Source: Chloroflexota bacterium
GTDB lineage: Bacteria; Chloroflexota; Dehalococcoidia; Lucifugimonadales; UBA3495
Direction of reading: 5' to 3'
DNA: 64,000 nt
NCBI GenBank assembly: GCA_028875655.1
Contig: JAPPCX010000085.1
Coordinates: forward strand, 9,887 to 73,886
Both the position numbers and the translations under genes were made by a program. Numbering within the stretch: the stretch's first letter is position 1; each line of letters starts with the position of its first letter. This document shows, piece by piece, positions 36,233-45,569 of the stretch. The notes beneath the pieces were generated by a model that was not told the origin of the DNA, searched no databases, and was given only the letters and a program-made list of their open reading frames with translations.

Positions 36233-36742
36233 CTACCCCGCCTCCAAGTCGTCCGACGGTATCTCGTACCAATAGAGCCGCTCCGATTCCACGGATTCTT
36301 TCAGATTCCAGTCGTACCGGACGCCGGCGACTGCTGCCGTTGCCGGCAGGCCGGTGAAGCGTGTCATCAATTCGGCATTACGCAGGGCGCGGCGTGAATC
36401 TCGGCCGTTCACGGTGAAGGACGCTTCTACGGCAATGTAATGCGGGTTGCCCTCGCCGTCGGCAACCTGCATCACCAGGTCGGCGCGATGGAAACTTCTC
36501 AAGTCGTTGCGGGTAAGGTCAGAAACATCATGCTACTCGGTCGGCCGACGCAAGTCGGCCGGTACCAGAGATTTCTCCCACACAATGCCCATCTCGCGAG
36601 CAATCAGGTCCGCCTCATTGCGCACAATGTCGTAAACCCTGCGGCCTATTATCCAGGTCAAGTCTTCCTGCATCCGGACTAGATTCGCCTCCATCTGGGC
36701 GCAAATTTCGGATAGCAGTACCCTGGTGTTCTCGATAGTCAT
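36233..36742 (-). pseudogene. Hypothetical gene (coiled-coil N-terminus plus a PD-(D/E)XK-like C-terminus) interrupted by an in-frame TAG
   Basis: Track ORFs 36533-36742 and 36233-36502 are in the same frame and separated only by the TAG at 36533-36535. Read-through gives ...ADLRRPTE*HDVSDLTRNDLRSFHRADLVMQV...YIAVEASFT. Confidence 0.5.
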
Positions 36743-36863
36743 AGATGCCCCTCAGTCGCTATCTGAATTATAGCAGCGCGGCTGTTCCGCCTTGTCGCGA
36801 TCTCCCCGTGCTATTATTGCCCCACAACTCCTAATCATCCCGTTCCTGGAGGCCATCTACCCC

Positions 36864-37997
36864 GTGAAGAGCTACTACTTCTCTGAGTTTCCGTACCACG
36901 AATACCCTGATGAAGAGGGCGACAAGTACCCGTCCCTGCGCCTCACCTTCCCCAACACCTGGTTCAATCCCAATACGGCCAACGGCCTGTTCAAGCGCTA
37001 CTTTGACGAGTGCGTCTATGCCGACGAGCTGGGCTTCGACGGCATCATGCTCAACGAGCACCACAACACGCCCTCCTGCATGAACGCAGCCACCAACCTG
37101 TCTGCCGCCGTCCTGGCGCGCATCACTCACCAGGCCAAGATCCTGCTGCTGGGCAACATCCTGCCCATCCACGACAACCCGGTCCGCCTGGCCGAAGAAC
37201 TGGCGATGATCGACGTCATATCCGGCGGCCGGCTCATCTCGGGATTCGTCCGCGGCACCGGCGTGGAGACCGTCTCCACCAACAACAACCCGGTGGCCAA
37301 TCGGGAACGTTTTGAAGAGTGCCACGACTTGATCATGAAGACGTGGACCACTCCCGGCCCGTTCCGCTGGGAGGGCAAGCATTACAACTTCAGGGTCGTC
37401 AACCCGTGGATGGTGCCGATTCAGCAGCCGCACCCGCCCATCTGGGTGCCTGGCACGTCATCGCCCGAGACCGCCGAGTGGTCCGGCCAGCACGGGTACA
37501 CCTACGTGGCCTTCCTCACGGACCTGGACGTGACCGAGGAGCTGTTCGGCATGTACACCCAGGCCGCCAAGGGCGCCGGACGTGAGGCCGTGCCCGACAA
37601 CTTCGGCTACCTGCTGTGCTGCTACGTCGGCGACACCCAGGAGGAAGCCGACGAGCAGGCCAGGCACTTCATTTGGCGCATGGGGCCCACCGTCCGCGGC
37701 CCGCGCGAGTACATGGCGCCCGTGGGCTACCGTTCCGCGGCCGGCGCCGCCATCGCCGCCCGGCGCTCCGGCCTGAAGCCCCTCAACCTGCAAACTTTCG
37801 AGGAACTGAAGGAGAACTACCACATCGTCTGCGGCACTCCCGACACGGTTCTGGAAAAGCTGGAATACCTGCACAAGCGTCTGGGCATGGAGCACCTGGT
37901 TTTCTACGGGCAGGAATCACGCATGGACCACAAGGCCACCATGAAGAACATCGGCCTCTTCGGCAAGGAAGTCCTGCCCGTCATCCAGAAGTGGTAG
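36864..37997 (+). CDS. LLM-class flavin-dependent oxidoreductase
   Basis: KSYYFSEFPYHEYPD..., FDGIMLNEHHNTP, and a C-terminus resembling the other LLM gene. GTG at 36864 has GGAGG 12 nt upstream. Confidence 0.85.
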   Translation: MKSYYFSEFPYHEYPDEEGDKYPSLRLTFPNTWFNPNTANGLFKRYFDECVYADELGFDGIMLNEHHNTPSCMNAATNLSAAVLARITHQAKILLLGNILPIHDNPVRLAEELAMIDVISGGRLISGFVRGTGVETVSTNNNPVANRERFEECHDLIMKTWTTPGPFRWEGKHYNFRVVNPWMVPIQQPHPPIWVPGTSSPETAEWSGQHGYTYVAFLTDLDVTEELFGMYTQAAKGAGREAVPDNFGYLLCCYVGDTQEEADEQARHFIWRMGPTVRGPREYMAPVGYRSAAGAAIAARRSGLKPLNLQTFEELKENYHIVCGTPDTVLEKLEYLHKRLGMEHLVFYGQESRMDHKATMKNIGLFGKEVLPVIQKW

Positions 37998-38008
37998 GGC
38001 AAAAATGA

Positions 38009-38034
38009 GGGGCGGGATTGAAACCCGCCCCTAC
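38009..38034. terminator. GC hairpin (family B-like, GGGGCGGG-ATTGAAA-CCCGCCCCTAC) between convergent genes
   Basis: 8-bp perfect stem located between the LLM stop (37997) and the USP stop (38058). Confidence 0.5.
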
Positions 38035-38057
38035 GCGCCCGACCGTCCGGCTGGGCG

Positions 38058-39059
38058 TTACACCCCGGCGAACTCGCTTTCCCGACGCACTTCCGTCATA
38101 TCCCCGGTCAGCATCGGCCCTCGCACCAGCAGCGTCGGAGCCGGCGAGCGGCGCACCACCTGGTCGGCCACGCTGCCCAGCAGCGCCCGCTCCACTCCCC
38201 GGCGTCCGCGCGTCGCCATCACCACCAACCCGTTCCTGGAGCGTTCCGCCAGTTCAACCACCGCGTCCGCCGGATTTTCCCGGGAGTTTACCGCCTCCAC
38301 ATCGGAAAGCCCGAACTGCGTTTCCATTGCTTCGGCCTTGCGCCACAGATATTCTCGCGACAGCGCTGCCATGCTGGCGGCCATTTCCGCAGGGCCGCCG
38401 AAATGGAACCCGCCTTCGCCGTCCAGCCGCGTCCACTGGGTATGCGAGCGGAAGTAGTCCGTGTCGTGGGTGCTGCGTACCAGGATGAGCTGCGCACCGC
38501 AGGCCCGCGCCAGTTCGCCGGCGTGGGGCAGCGCGTGCTCGGCAAAGGCGGAGCCGTCCAGCGGCACGATTATGTTGTCCAGCGACTTGCCGACCGCCGT
38601 GCCGCCCCGGCCCCAGCCCCGCACCACCAGCGTGGGGTTGACGACGCTGCGAACCACTCGGCTGGTTACGCTGCCCATCACCAGACGGGAGAAGCCGCCC
38701 CGGCCATGGGTTGACATCACGATAAGCGCGCCCGGATGCCGATTGCCCAAGGCAACGATAAACTCGTCGGCAGGCCCTTCGTGAACGGCGACGTGGACAG
38801 GCGTGGTTACGCCCATTCTCTGCAGACGGCCCTTTTCCGCGGTCAGAAACGCCGTGATCCGGTCATGCTCAGCCAGGGCCATGGTGCTGCTGAAGCGGCC
38901 ATGTTCCGCATCGGCGTGCCACACCGGAATGCCGTCATAGGCTCGCGCCAGGGTCAGGGTGGCTCCGCTGATACCGGCCATCAGACAGGCCGGATGCAAG
39001 GCATGGGATGACAGTTCGGACCCGTCCAGCGGAACGATGATGTTGTCGTATAGCGCCAT
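38058..39059 (-). CDS. Universal stress protein with tandem UspA domains
   Basis: The motif YDNIIVPLDGSELSSHAL is repeated as LDNIIVPLDGSAFAEHAL, together with the G-x2-G-x9-G-S/T motifs (GRGGFSRLVMGSVT; GRRGVERALLGSVA). The start is set to ATG 39059; the upstream part of the track ORF is AT-rich leader. Confidence 0.85.
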   Translation of the reverse strand: MALYDNIIVPLDGSELSSHALHPACLMAGISGATLTLARAYDGIPVWHADAEHGRFSSTMALAEHDRITAFLTAEKGRLQRMGVTTPVHVAVHEGPADEFIVALGNRHPGALIVMSTHGRGGFSRLVMGSVTSRVVRSVVNPTLVVRGWGRGGTAVGKSLDNIIVPLDGSAFAEHALPHAGELARACGAQLILVRSTHDTDYFRSHTQWTRLDGEGGFHFGGPAEMAASMAALSREYLWRKAEAMETQFGLSDVEAVNSRENPADAVVELAERSRNGLVVMATRGRRGVERALLGSVADQVVRRSPAPTLLVRGPMLTGDMTEVRRESEFAGV

Positions 39060-39188
39060 CGCGGCACCTCCTCTATATGGATTGCTTGCGATTCCAAGTT
39101 TGTGAAATCCTGCACATTTGATATTGAGATATTGATTATTGTTTATAGAGATAATATACCATTCCAAGGCAATGCTGGCAACGCCGCA

Positions 39189-39220
39189 ACAAAAAACGAG
39201 GGCAACCACAAGGGTTGCCC
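39189..39220 (-). terminator. Rho-independent terminator of gcvH
   Basis: On the minus strand GGGCAACC-CUUGU-GGUUGCCC is followed by UCGUUUUUUGUUG, 35 nt downstream of the gcvH stop. Confidence 0.7.
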
Positions 39221-39254
39221 CTACGCAAACCGAGGTCCGGTCCAGATTTGCAGG

Positions 39255-39641
39255 TTACAGTTGCCCGATGTATTCCTCGTAGGACGCGGCGTCCAGCAGG
39301 CTGTCCAACTCTGCGGGGTTGCTCATGCTGACCCGCAGCATCCAGCCGTCCCCGAATGGGTCGTTATTCACCAGTTCCGGTTCCTGGGCCAGCCGGCCGT
39401 TCACTTCGGTCACCCGGCCGCTGACCGGGGAAAACAAGTCGGAAACGGCCTTGACCGACTCGATCTCGCCCATTTTGGCGAGGTAGCCCACGGCATCGCC
39501 CACCGCCGGCAACTCCACGTACACCACGTCGCCCAGTTGATCCTGAGCATAGTGAGTGATGCCGACCAGCACCGTATCGGCGCCGGCTTCGGACACAACC
39601 CACTCATGCTCCCGGGTATATTTACGGTCGTCGGGATTCAC
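39255..39641 (-). CDS. gcvH: Glycine cleavage system H protein
   Basis: Lipoyl-lysine context ESVKAVSDLFSPVSG and N-terminus YTREHEWV. GTG start. Confidence 0.92.
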   Translation of the reverse strand: MNPDDRKYTREHEWVVSEAGADTVLVGITHYAQDQLGDVVYVELPAVGDAVGYLAKMGEIESVKAVSDLFSPVSGRVTEVNGRLAQEPELVNNDPFGDGWMLRVSMSNPAELDSLLDAASYEEYIGQL

Positions 39642-39679
39642 CTTGCTAAAACCTCCATGTTGGTCCGTTAGCCCGCTCT

Positions 39680-39704
39680 GGATTCCCGCTTTCGCGGGAA
39701 TGAC
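39680..39704. repeat. Family A repeat copy (GGATTCCCGCTTTCGCGGGAATGAC)
   Basis: Lies in the gcvT-gcvH spacer (39642-39741), in inverted orientation relative to the copy at 9816. Confidence 0.85.
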
Positions 39705-39741
39705 GGTAATGTCAACAAGCCCTGGTTCCCCATCTTACTTT

Positions 39742-40899
39742 TCATGCGGCGCGGCGGTAGAACGGCAACTCGGTTGTCGTCACGTCTGCCGCGCGCCCGC
39801 GAATGTCCACTTGCAGCGCCGTACCCGGCTCGGAATACGCCGCGTCAACGAAGGCCATGGCGATGCAGCGCTCCAGCGTCGGCGAGTAGCTGCCGCTGCT
39901 GACCGTGCCCACCACCGCGCCGTCGGCCAGCACGTCGTAACCGGCCCGGGGGGCGCTTCGTCCCGGCATGGTCAGGCCGACCAGTTGCCGGGGCGTACCG
40001 TACACCCGCTGGTGGTCCAGCACGTCCGCCCCGTTGAAGCCGCCGTCCCGGCGCACAAACCGGCTCAACCCGGCCTCGATAGGGGTAATGGTGTCGGCCA
40101 ACTCGTGCCCGTGCAAAGGCAACCCGGCTTCGAGCCGCAGCACGTCCCGGGCGCCGAGACCGCAGGGGGTTGCTCCCGCCTGGGTCAGCCGACCCCAGAT
40201 GAACGCGGCGTCGGACGACTGCACCGCAAGCTCAAACCCGTCCTCGCCCGTATAGCCCGTGCGCCCGATAAAGATCCGACGACCGTCGATGTGTCCCCGG
40301 CCCCAGGTGTAGGGACGGAGCAGGGACGGCTGCGGTTCGCGGCCCGGGTTTCGGGCCAAGCGCGCGCCGGGGCTGAAATCTTCTAACAATCCATCGACGA
40401 TGCCGGCGGCCTGCGGCCCCTGCACCGCGATCAGGCCGGTGGCCATCGTCCGGTCGGTTATCTGCACTCCCCGGCCGTCGTAGTGCTGCGCCAACTGCCG
40501 GTCGAACCACAGCACCACGACGGCGCGGTTGCCGGCATTGGGAATCAGCAAAAACTCGTCATCGGAGAGGCGGTAGAAGATGGTGTCGTCAATGACGCCG
40601 CCCCGCTCGTTGCAGATGAAGCAGTACCGGGCGCGTCCCACCCGCAAGTCCGACGCTGAGCCGGTGAGCAGGATGTCCAACAAACCGGCCGCGTTCGGGC
40701 CGCTGATGTTCAGCCGGCCCATGTGCGACACGTCGAAAATGCCCGCCGCCTGACGTACCGCCTCCACCTCCGCGATGGTTCCCTGGTACTGCACCGGCAT
40801 GTCCCAGCCGCCGAAAGGCACCATCCGGGCGCCGGCGGCGACGTGGGTGTCGTAGAGGGTGGTGCGTAGGTTCTCTGCGGGGGAAAGATCCGTCGTCAT
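39742..40899 (-). CDS. gcvT: Glycine cleavage system aminomethyltransferase T
   Basis: [25 protein letters not shown] and full-length GcvT resemblance. ATG 40899 is preferred over the TTG at 40929. Confidence 0.92.
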   Translation of the reverse strand: MTTDLSPAENLRTTLYDTHVAAGARMVPFGGWDMPVQYQGTIAEVEAVRQAAGIFDVSHMGRLNISGPNAAGLLDILLTGSASDLRVGRARYCFICNERGGVIDDTIFYRLSDDEFLLIPNAGNRAVVVLWFDRQLAQHYDGRGVQITDRTMATGLIAVQGPQAAGIVDGLLEDFSPGARLARNPGREPQPSLLRPYTWGRGHIDGRRIFIGRTGYTGEDGFELAVQSSDAAFIWGRLTQAGATPCGLGARDVLRLEAGLPLHGHELADTITPIEAGLSRFVRRDGGFNGADVLDHQRVYGTPRQLVGLTMPGRSAPRAGYDVLADGAVVGTVSSGSYSPTLERCIAMAFVDAAYSEPGTALQVDIRGRAADVTTTELPFYRRAA

Positions 40900-40931
40900 G
40901 TCATGCGTGTCGCCCGTGGATGATGGCAAAC

Positions 40932-40960
40932 ATCATACCTTTATCGCCTATGACGCGCAA
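40932..40960 (-). promoter_or_regulatory. Candidate sigma70-type promoter for gcvTH
   Basis: On the minus strand: TTGCGC, a 17-nt spacer, then TATGAT, ending about 33 nt upstream of ATG 40899. No strong SD seen. Confidence 0.3.
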
Positions 40961-41179
40961 TCGTGGGACGGGACAGGAGGCGGGCGAGTTCGTGGTTGTG
41001 GCAGGGTTCCCATTTTCGATTGACGCTCCTTTTTTGACGGTTGCGGGTTTTTCCTTGCTGCCGGATGATTGATTCGGGTCTTGGAGGTTCAGGGTTGTCG
41101 GCGCTACGGCCGGAGCGTGGTATGCAATATTGAGTCCTAGTCTCCCGCGTGCTGACCGTATTGGTCGATGAGGGGTTTC

Positions 41180-41217
41180 CCCCTCACCCTAACCCTCTCC
41201 CGCCAGGAGAGAGGGGA
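41180..41217. repeat. Family C repeat (CCCCTCACCCTAACCCTCTCCCGCCAGGAGAGAGGGGA)
   Basis: CCTCTCCC...GGAGAGG hairpin. A second copy lies at 57352-57389. Confidence 0.8.
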
Positions 41218-41552
41218 CTTGCGACCCTCGCGGAGCGGTGCTGACACCCGCCGTACCGGTCCCGGCCATGACGATTAATAGGCCGTCCTCAGGCGCGAGC
41301 CGGCGGTGCATGTGATTCCGACTGGTTTTGACCGTAGTGTTGCGCCGGGGCGCAACGTGAACCTGAACCTCTGATGACCCGATTTTGGATTGGCCGGTGT
41401 CGGGCGTTGGGCCCTGGCCAGGGGCCTGGCGTCCGACGTGGAATACAGTGTAGAGAACGGACGTGCGGATGGTCAAGGGGCGGGTGTCACTCACGCGCGG
41501 ACCATTGGGGGGAATTGTCTGAATCAGGATTTGCCGGATTTGAGGATTTTCT

Positions 41553-41599
41553 GGATTCCCGCCTGCGCGGGAATGACGGTAAGAGAGGCGGGAATGACG
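41553..41599. repeat. Family A repeat copy plus an extra right-arm half-site
   Basis: GGATTCCCGCCTGCGCGGGAATGAC (41553-41577) is followed by a second GCGGGAATGACG at 41588-41599. Confidence 0.8.
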
Positions 41600-41735
41600 A
41601 GAGGGGGCGGGATTGCCGCGCAGCGCTCACAATGATGGGTTGTGCCAGGTGGGAACGCCTGAGGGAGCGGGAGTGACGGGTGGAGGTGTTGGGATGAGCC
41701 GGTATAGCCCAATCGATACGTGCTAACCTTCAGTT

Positions 41736-42767
41736 ATGCGTTTTCCGTGGGCCAACATTGCGCTGATTGTCCTACTGGCGGCGGAGCTGGTCACCGGATA
41801 CCTGGGCTTGACCCATAACAACCCGGAGTGGATTGCGGCGATGCACCTGCACCGGGTTTTTGGTTTCGCCATTCTCGCCCTGTTTGTCTGGAAATCCCGC
41901 AACATACTCGGTTCGCTGAAGTCCGGTTACAACTGGCGGCGGTCAGGGCGGGAAATGGTCTGGTCGTTGGTCCTGCTGGCGGGATTGCTTATCGTGCTGG
42001 GGTTGGGGTTGTCCTGGAGCCACCTGGGCAGCTACCACTGGCTGGGGTTCTCCGGCACGACCATCCACATGAACCTGGCGTGGATGCTGATACCGCTGCT
42101 GCTCTGGCACTCGCTGCGTCACCGGATCAGCTTCCGGACGCGCTACCTGTCCGACCGACGCAACCTACTGCGCGTTGGCGGGTTGGCGTTGGCGGGACTG
42201 ATGCTCTGGCGCACCGCCGAGTTGGCGGGCATCTTGTCTGACGGTCCGGGCGCGCGCCGGCGCTACACCGGATCGTATCCCGAAGACGGGCCGGACTTTC
42301 CCGTGACCATGTGGCTGAACGACAAGGTGCCCTATGTGGACGCCGACAGTTGGCGTCTGCGGGTGGAAGGCCACGTGCAGCAGCCCTTCGAGATGGGCAT
42401 CGCCGAATTGCAAGGATGGAACAACGCCCTGACCGCCACTCTGGACTGCACCGGGGGCTGGCATACCACGCGGCAGTGGGAAGGAATATCGGTTAGCGAA
42501 TTACTGGCTCGCGCCCAACCCAAACCCGGGGCGGCCAGCATCACCATCCGTTCGCGCACCGGCTACTTCCGGCGCTATTCGCTGGCCGAGTCCGAGCGGG
42601 CCATTCTCGCCAGCCGGGTTGACGGGGCGCCGTTGTCGCCGGGGCATGGGTTCCCGGCCCGCATGGTGGAGCCGCACAAGCGCGGCTACGACTGGGTAAA
42701 GTGGGTGGACGCCATCACCGTCAACGACACCGGGAAGTGGTGGCAGCCGCCGCTGCCGCTGACGTGA
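41736..42767 (+). CDS. Membrane-anchored molybdopterin-dependent oxidoreductase (sulfite-oxidase-fold domain fused to an N-terminal multi-TM domain)
   Basis: About 5 TM helices, then WRLRVEGHV...LDCTGGWHTTRQWEGISVSELL...GFPARMVEPHKRGYDWVKWV, typical of the Oxidored_molyb domain. Confidence 0.8.
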   Translation: MRFPWANIALIVLLAAELVTGYLGLTHNNPEWIAAMHLHRVFGFAILALFVWKSRNILGSLKSGYNWRRSGREMVWSLVLLAGLLIVLGLGLSWSHLGSYHWLGFSGTTIHMNLAWMLIPLLLWHSLRHRISFRTRYLSDRRNLLRVGGLALAGLMLWRTAELAGILSDGPGARRRYTGSYPEDGPDFPVTMWLNDKVPYVDADSWRLRVEGHVQQPFEMGIAELQGWNNALTATLDCTGGWHTTRQWEGISVSELLARAQPKPGAASITIRSRTGYFRRYSLAESERAILASRVDGAPLSPGHGFPARMVEPHKRGYDWVKWVDAITVNDTGKWWQPPLPLT

Positions 42768-42856
42768 GCGTTCGCATTGGTTAGACATCAGGGTTGGGGC
42801 GCGGCTTGGGCTATGCTAAAATCAGCCGCAACAAACACCAGCAAATGAGGTGCCGC

Positions 42857-45121
42857 ATGGCGAATATCGTCCTTTCCAATACCAACTACAATGTCGTCGG
42901 TACGCGGCCGATCCGCCACGACGGGGCCGACAAAGTTACCGGCCGGGCCAAGTATGGCGCCGACTTTGAGATGTCCGGGATGCTGTTCGGCAAGGTGCTG
43001 CGCAGCCCCCACGCCCACGCCCGCATCAAGTCCATCGACACCTCCGCAGCCGAGGCGCTGCCGGGCGTCCGCGCCGTGGTTACGGGAGCCGACCTGCCCA
43101 TCGCCGCCAAGGACAACCCGCCCCTGTCGGCCCGCGCCGCCAGCGACAATGTCCTCGCCGGCGCCAAGGCGCTGTTCCGCGGTCATCCCATCGCCGGCGT
43201 CGCCGCCGATTCCGCCCACGTCGCCGAGGAAGCGGCGGGGCTGATCAAGGTGGAGTACGAAGTCCTGTCTGCCAGCACCAACGTCCTGGACGCCATGAAG
43301 GACGACGCCGAGCTGCTGCACGAGGATATGACCACAACTGAGTTCGGCGAAGAGACCGACAAGCGCAGTAACGTCTCCAACCGCTTCGTGCACGAGCAGG
43401 GCGACGTGGAAAAGGCGTTCGCGGAGGCCGACTACGTGGTGGAGCGCGAGTTCGACACGCGCACGGTGCACCAGGGATACATCGAGCCGCAGAACGCATC
43501 CGCACTGTGGAACGCGGACGGGCACCTTACGGTATGGACGAGCACGCAGGGCGCGTTCGTAGCGCGCGACGCCCTGGCCGGCGTGCTGGAAGTACCGGTG
43601 TCCCAGATCAAAGTGGTGCCCATGGAGATCGGCGGCGGATTTGGCGGGAAGATTCCGATCTACCTGGAGCCGATAGCTGCGCTGCTGTCAAAGAAGACGG
43701 GACGCCCGGTGAAGATGCAGATGAGCCGCACCGAGACCTTCGAGGCCACCGGGCCGACGGCCGGCGCTCACGTGAAGGTAAAGATGGGCGCGAAGAAGGA
43801 TGGCACATTGGTGGCGGCAGACGCGGTATTGATCTACGAGGCGGGGGCTTTCCCGGGGTCCTCTCCGGTGTCCGCCGGGGCCCAGTGCGTGTTCGCGCCC
43901 TACGATCTCGAAAACCAGCGTGTTGAGGGCTACGACGTGGTCACCAACAAGCCCCGATCCTTCGCCTACCGCGCCCCGGGAGCGCCGATCTCCGCCTTCG
44001 GCGGCGAGCAGGTCGTCGATGAACTGGCGGCCAAGTGCGGCATGGACCCGCTGGAGTTCCGCCTCAAGAACGCCAGCAAGGAAGGCAGCCGGAGGGTTGA
44101 CGGCCCGCAGTTCCGGGTGATCGGCAACATCGAAACCCTGGAAGCGGCCAGGGACTCCGACCACTACAAGTCCGAGTTGTCGGGCCCCAACCGTGGGCGC
44201 GGCATCGCCAGCGGATACTGGATGAACATCGGGTTGGCGTCCAGCGCCAGCATCAGCGTGAACGCCGACGGCACCATCGGCCTGGTGGAGGGTTCGACGG
44301 ACATCGGCGGCTCCCGCGCGTCCATCGCCATGCAGGCGGCCGAGGTTCTCGGCATCCCCGCCGAAGACGTCCGCCCGCAGGTAGGCGACACCGACTCGGT
44401 GGGCTACACGTTCCTGACCGGCGGCAGCCGCACCACGTTCGCGACGGGATGGGCCGCATACGAGTGCGCCCAGGAAATCAAGACCAAGATGATCAACCGG
44501 GCCGGCCAGATCTGGGAAAAGGATCCTTCGGAAATTGACCTGGCCGACGGCATCTTCAAGCACAACTCCGACGAAGACCTGCAAATGTCCTTCAAGGAAC
44601 TGGCCGCGCAGCTGGGCCGCACCGGCGGCCCCATATCCGCCCAGGTCAGCGTCAGTCCCGGCGGAGAAGGCGGCGCGTTCGGCACTCACCTGGTGGACGT
44701 GGAGGTTGACCCCGACACCGGCAAGGTGGACGTGCTGCGCTACACCGTCGTGCAGGACGCCGGCAAGGCCATCCACCCCAGCTACGTGGAGGGCCAGATG
44801 CAGGGCGGTGCCGTGCAGGGCATCGGCTGGGCCCTTAACGAAGAATACTTCATGAACGACTCGGGCGACATGGTGAACTCCAGCTTCCTGGACTACCGGA
44901 TGCCCACCAGCCTGGACCTGCCGATGATCGACACCATCATCGTGGAAAAGGCCAACCCCGGCCATCCCTACGGAGTGCGCGGGGTGGGCGAGGTTCCCAT
45001 CGTTCCCCCAATGGCCGCCGTCGCCAACGCCATCCACGACGCCATCGGCGTGCGTATGGAGCAGTTGCCCATGTCCCCCGGCGCCATCCTGGAAGAGCTG
45101 TGGGAGAAGAATGGCGACTAG
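42857..45121 (+). CDS. Xanthine dehydrogenase/aldehyde oxidase family molybdopterin-binding large subunit
   Basis: VGTRPIRHDGADKVTGRAKYGAD at the N-terminus, GGGFGGK, and the C-terminal GVRGVGEVPIVPPMAAVANAI. ATG 42857 chosen. Confidence 0.9.
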   Translation: MANIVLSNTNYNVVGTRPIRHDGADKVTGRAKYGADFEMSGMLFGKVLRSPHAHARIKSIDTSAAEALPGVRAVVTGADLPIAAKDNPPLSARAASDNVLAGAKALFRGHPIAGVAADSAHVAEEAAGLIKVEYEVLSASTNVLDAMKDDAELLHEDMTTTEFGEETDKRSNVSNRFVHEQGDVEKAFAEADYVVEREFDTRTVHQGYIEPQNASALWNADGHLTVWTSTQGAFVARDALAGVLEVPVSQIKVVPMEIGGGFGGKIPIYLEPIAALLSKKTGRPVKMQMSRTETFEATGPTAGAHVKVKMGAKKDGTLVAADAVLIYEAGAFPGSSPVSAGAQCVFAPYDLENQRVEGYDVVTNKPRSFAYRAPGAPISAFGGEQVVDELAAKCGMDPLEFRLKNASKEGSRRVDGPQFRVIGNIETLEAARDSDHYKSELSGPNRGRGIASGYWMNIGLASSASISVNADGTIGLVEGSTDIGGSRASIAMQAAEVLGIPAEDVRPQVGDTDSVGYTFLTGGSRTTFATGWAAYECAQEIKTKMINRAGQIWEKDPSEIDLADGIFKHNSDEDLQMSFKELAAQLGRTGGPISAQVSVSPGGEGGAFGTHLVDVEVDPDTGKVDVLRYTVVQDAGKAIHPSYVEGQMQGGAVQGIGWALNEEYFMNDSGDMVNSSFLDYRMPTSLDLPMIDTIIVEKANPGHPYGVRGVGEVPIVPPMAAVANAIHDAIGVRMEQLPMSPGAILEELWEKNGD

Positions 45122-45195
45122 GCTCTCTGCCGTCATAGAGCACAATTGCCGGCGGCGGTTTTACATCGTCGCCGGTATCCGTAAAGTAGGACAAC

Positions 45196-45531
45196 ATGAC
45201 GACACCAACAGCGGCGACGCCCAGCATCGAGGAGCGTATGGCTAACCTCGAGTCACGGATGGGAACGCTAGAAGCTGTGATGACACTGTTCATCGAGGAG
45301 CAACGGGAGCACCGGCGCGAAGTCAACGCTCGGTTTGACAAGATCGAAGAAGACCAGCGGGAGCACCGGCGCGAAGTCAACGCTCGGTTCGATAGGATGG
45401 AGACCCGCATGGACCGGCTGGAGACCCGCATCGATCAGGTGGCGTCGAGCATCCCGCGTATGCTTTACGCAGTAATCGGCATTTTCACAGCGGTGACGGT
45501 TGCCCTCATAGTATCCAACGTCGTCGGGTAG
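45196..45531 (+). CDS. Coiled-coil, C-terminally TM-anchored small protein
   Basis: 111 aa with heptad-like repeats and a terminal hydrophobic helix MLYAVIGIFTAVTVALIVSNVV. Contains an internal tandem duplication. Confidence 0.65.
   Translation: MTTPTAATPSIEERMANLESRMGTLEAVMTLFIEEQREHRREVNARFDKIEEDQREHRREVNARFDRMETRMDRLETRIDQVASSIPRMLYAVIGIFTAVTVALIVSNVVG
45301..45408. repeat. 54-bp tandem duplication (x2) within the CDS
   Basis: The units begin at 45301 and 45355 and share an identical 32-nt core CGGGAGCACCGGCGCGAAGTCAACGCTCGGTT. They encode QREHRREVNARFD twice. Confidence 0.85.
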
Positions 45532-45569
45532 CCACCAAAACCACTGCCACACCACGAGGTAACATCACA

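Noticed and set aside
40930-41180. A glycine riboswitch in the gcvT leader.
   Set aside because: It would be expected from gene context, but the minus-strand sequence shows only fragmentary similarity to the GGAGAG / CACCGAAGGGGCAA / CUCAGGCAAAAGGAC cores. A plausible promoter lies only ~33 nt from the ATG. It cannot be supported without a covariance-model scan.
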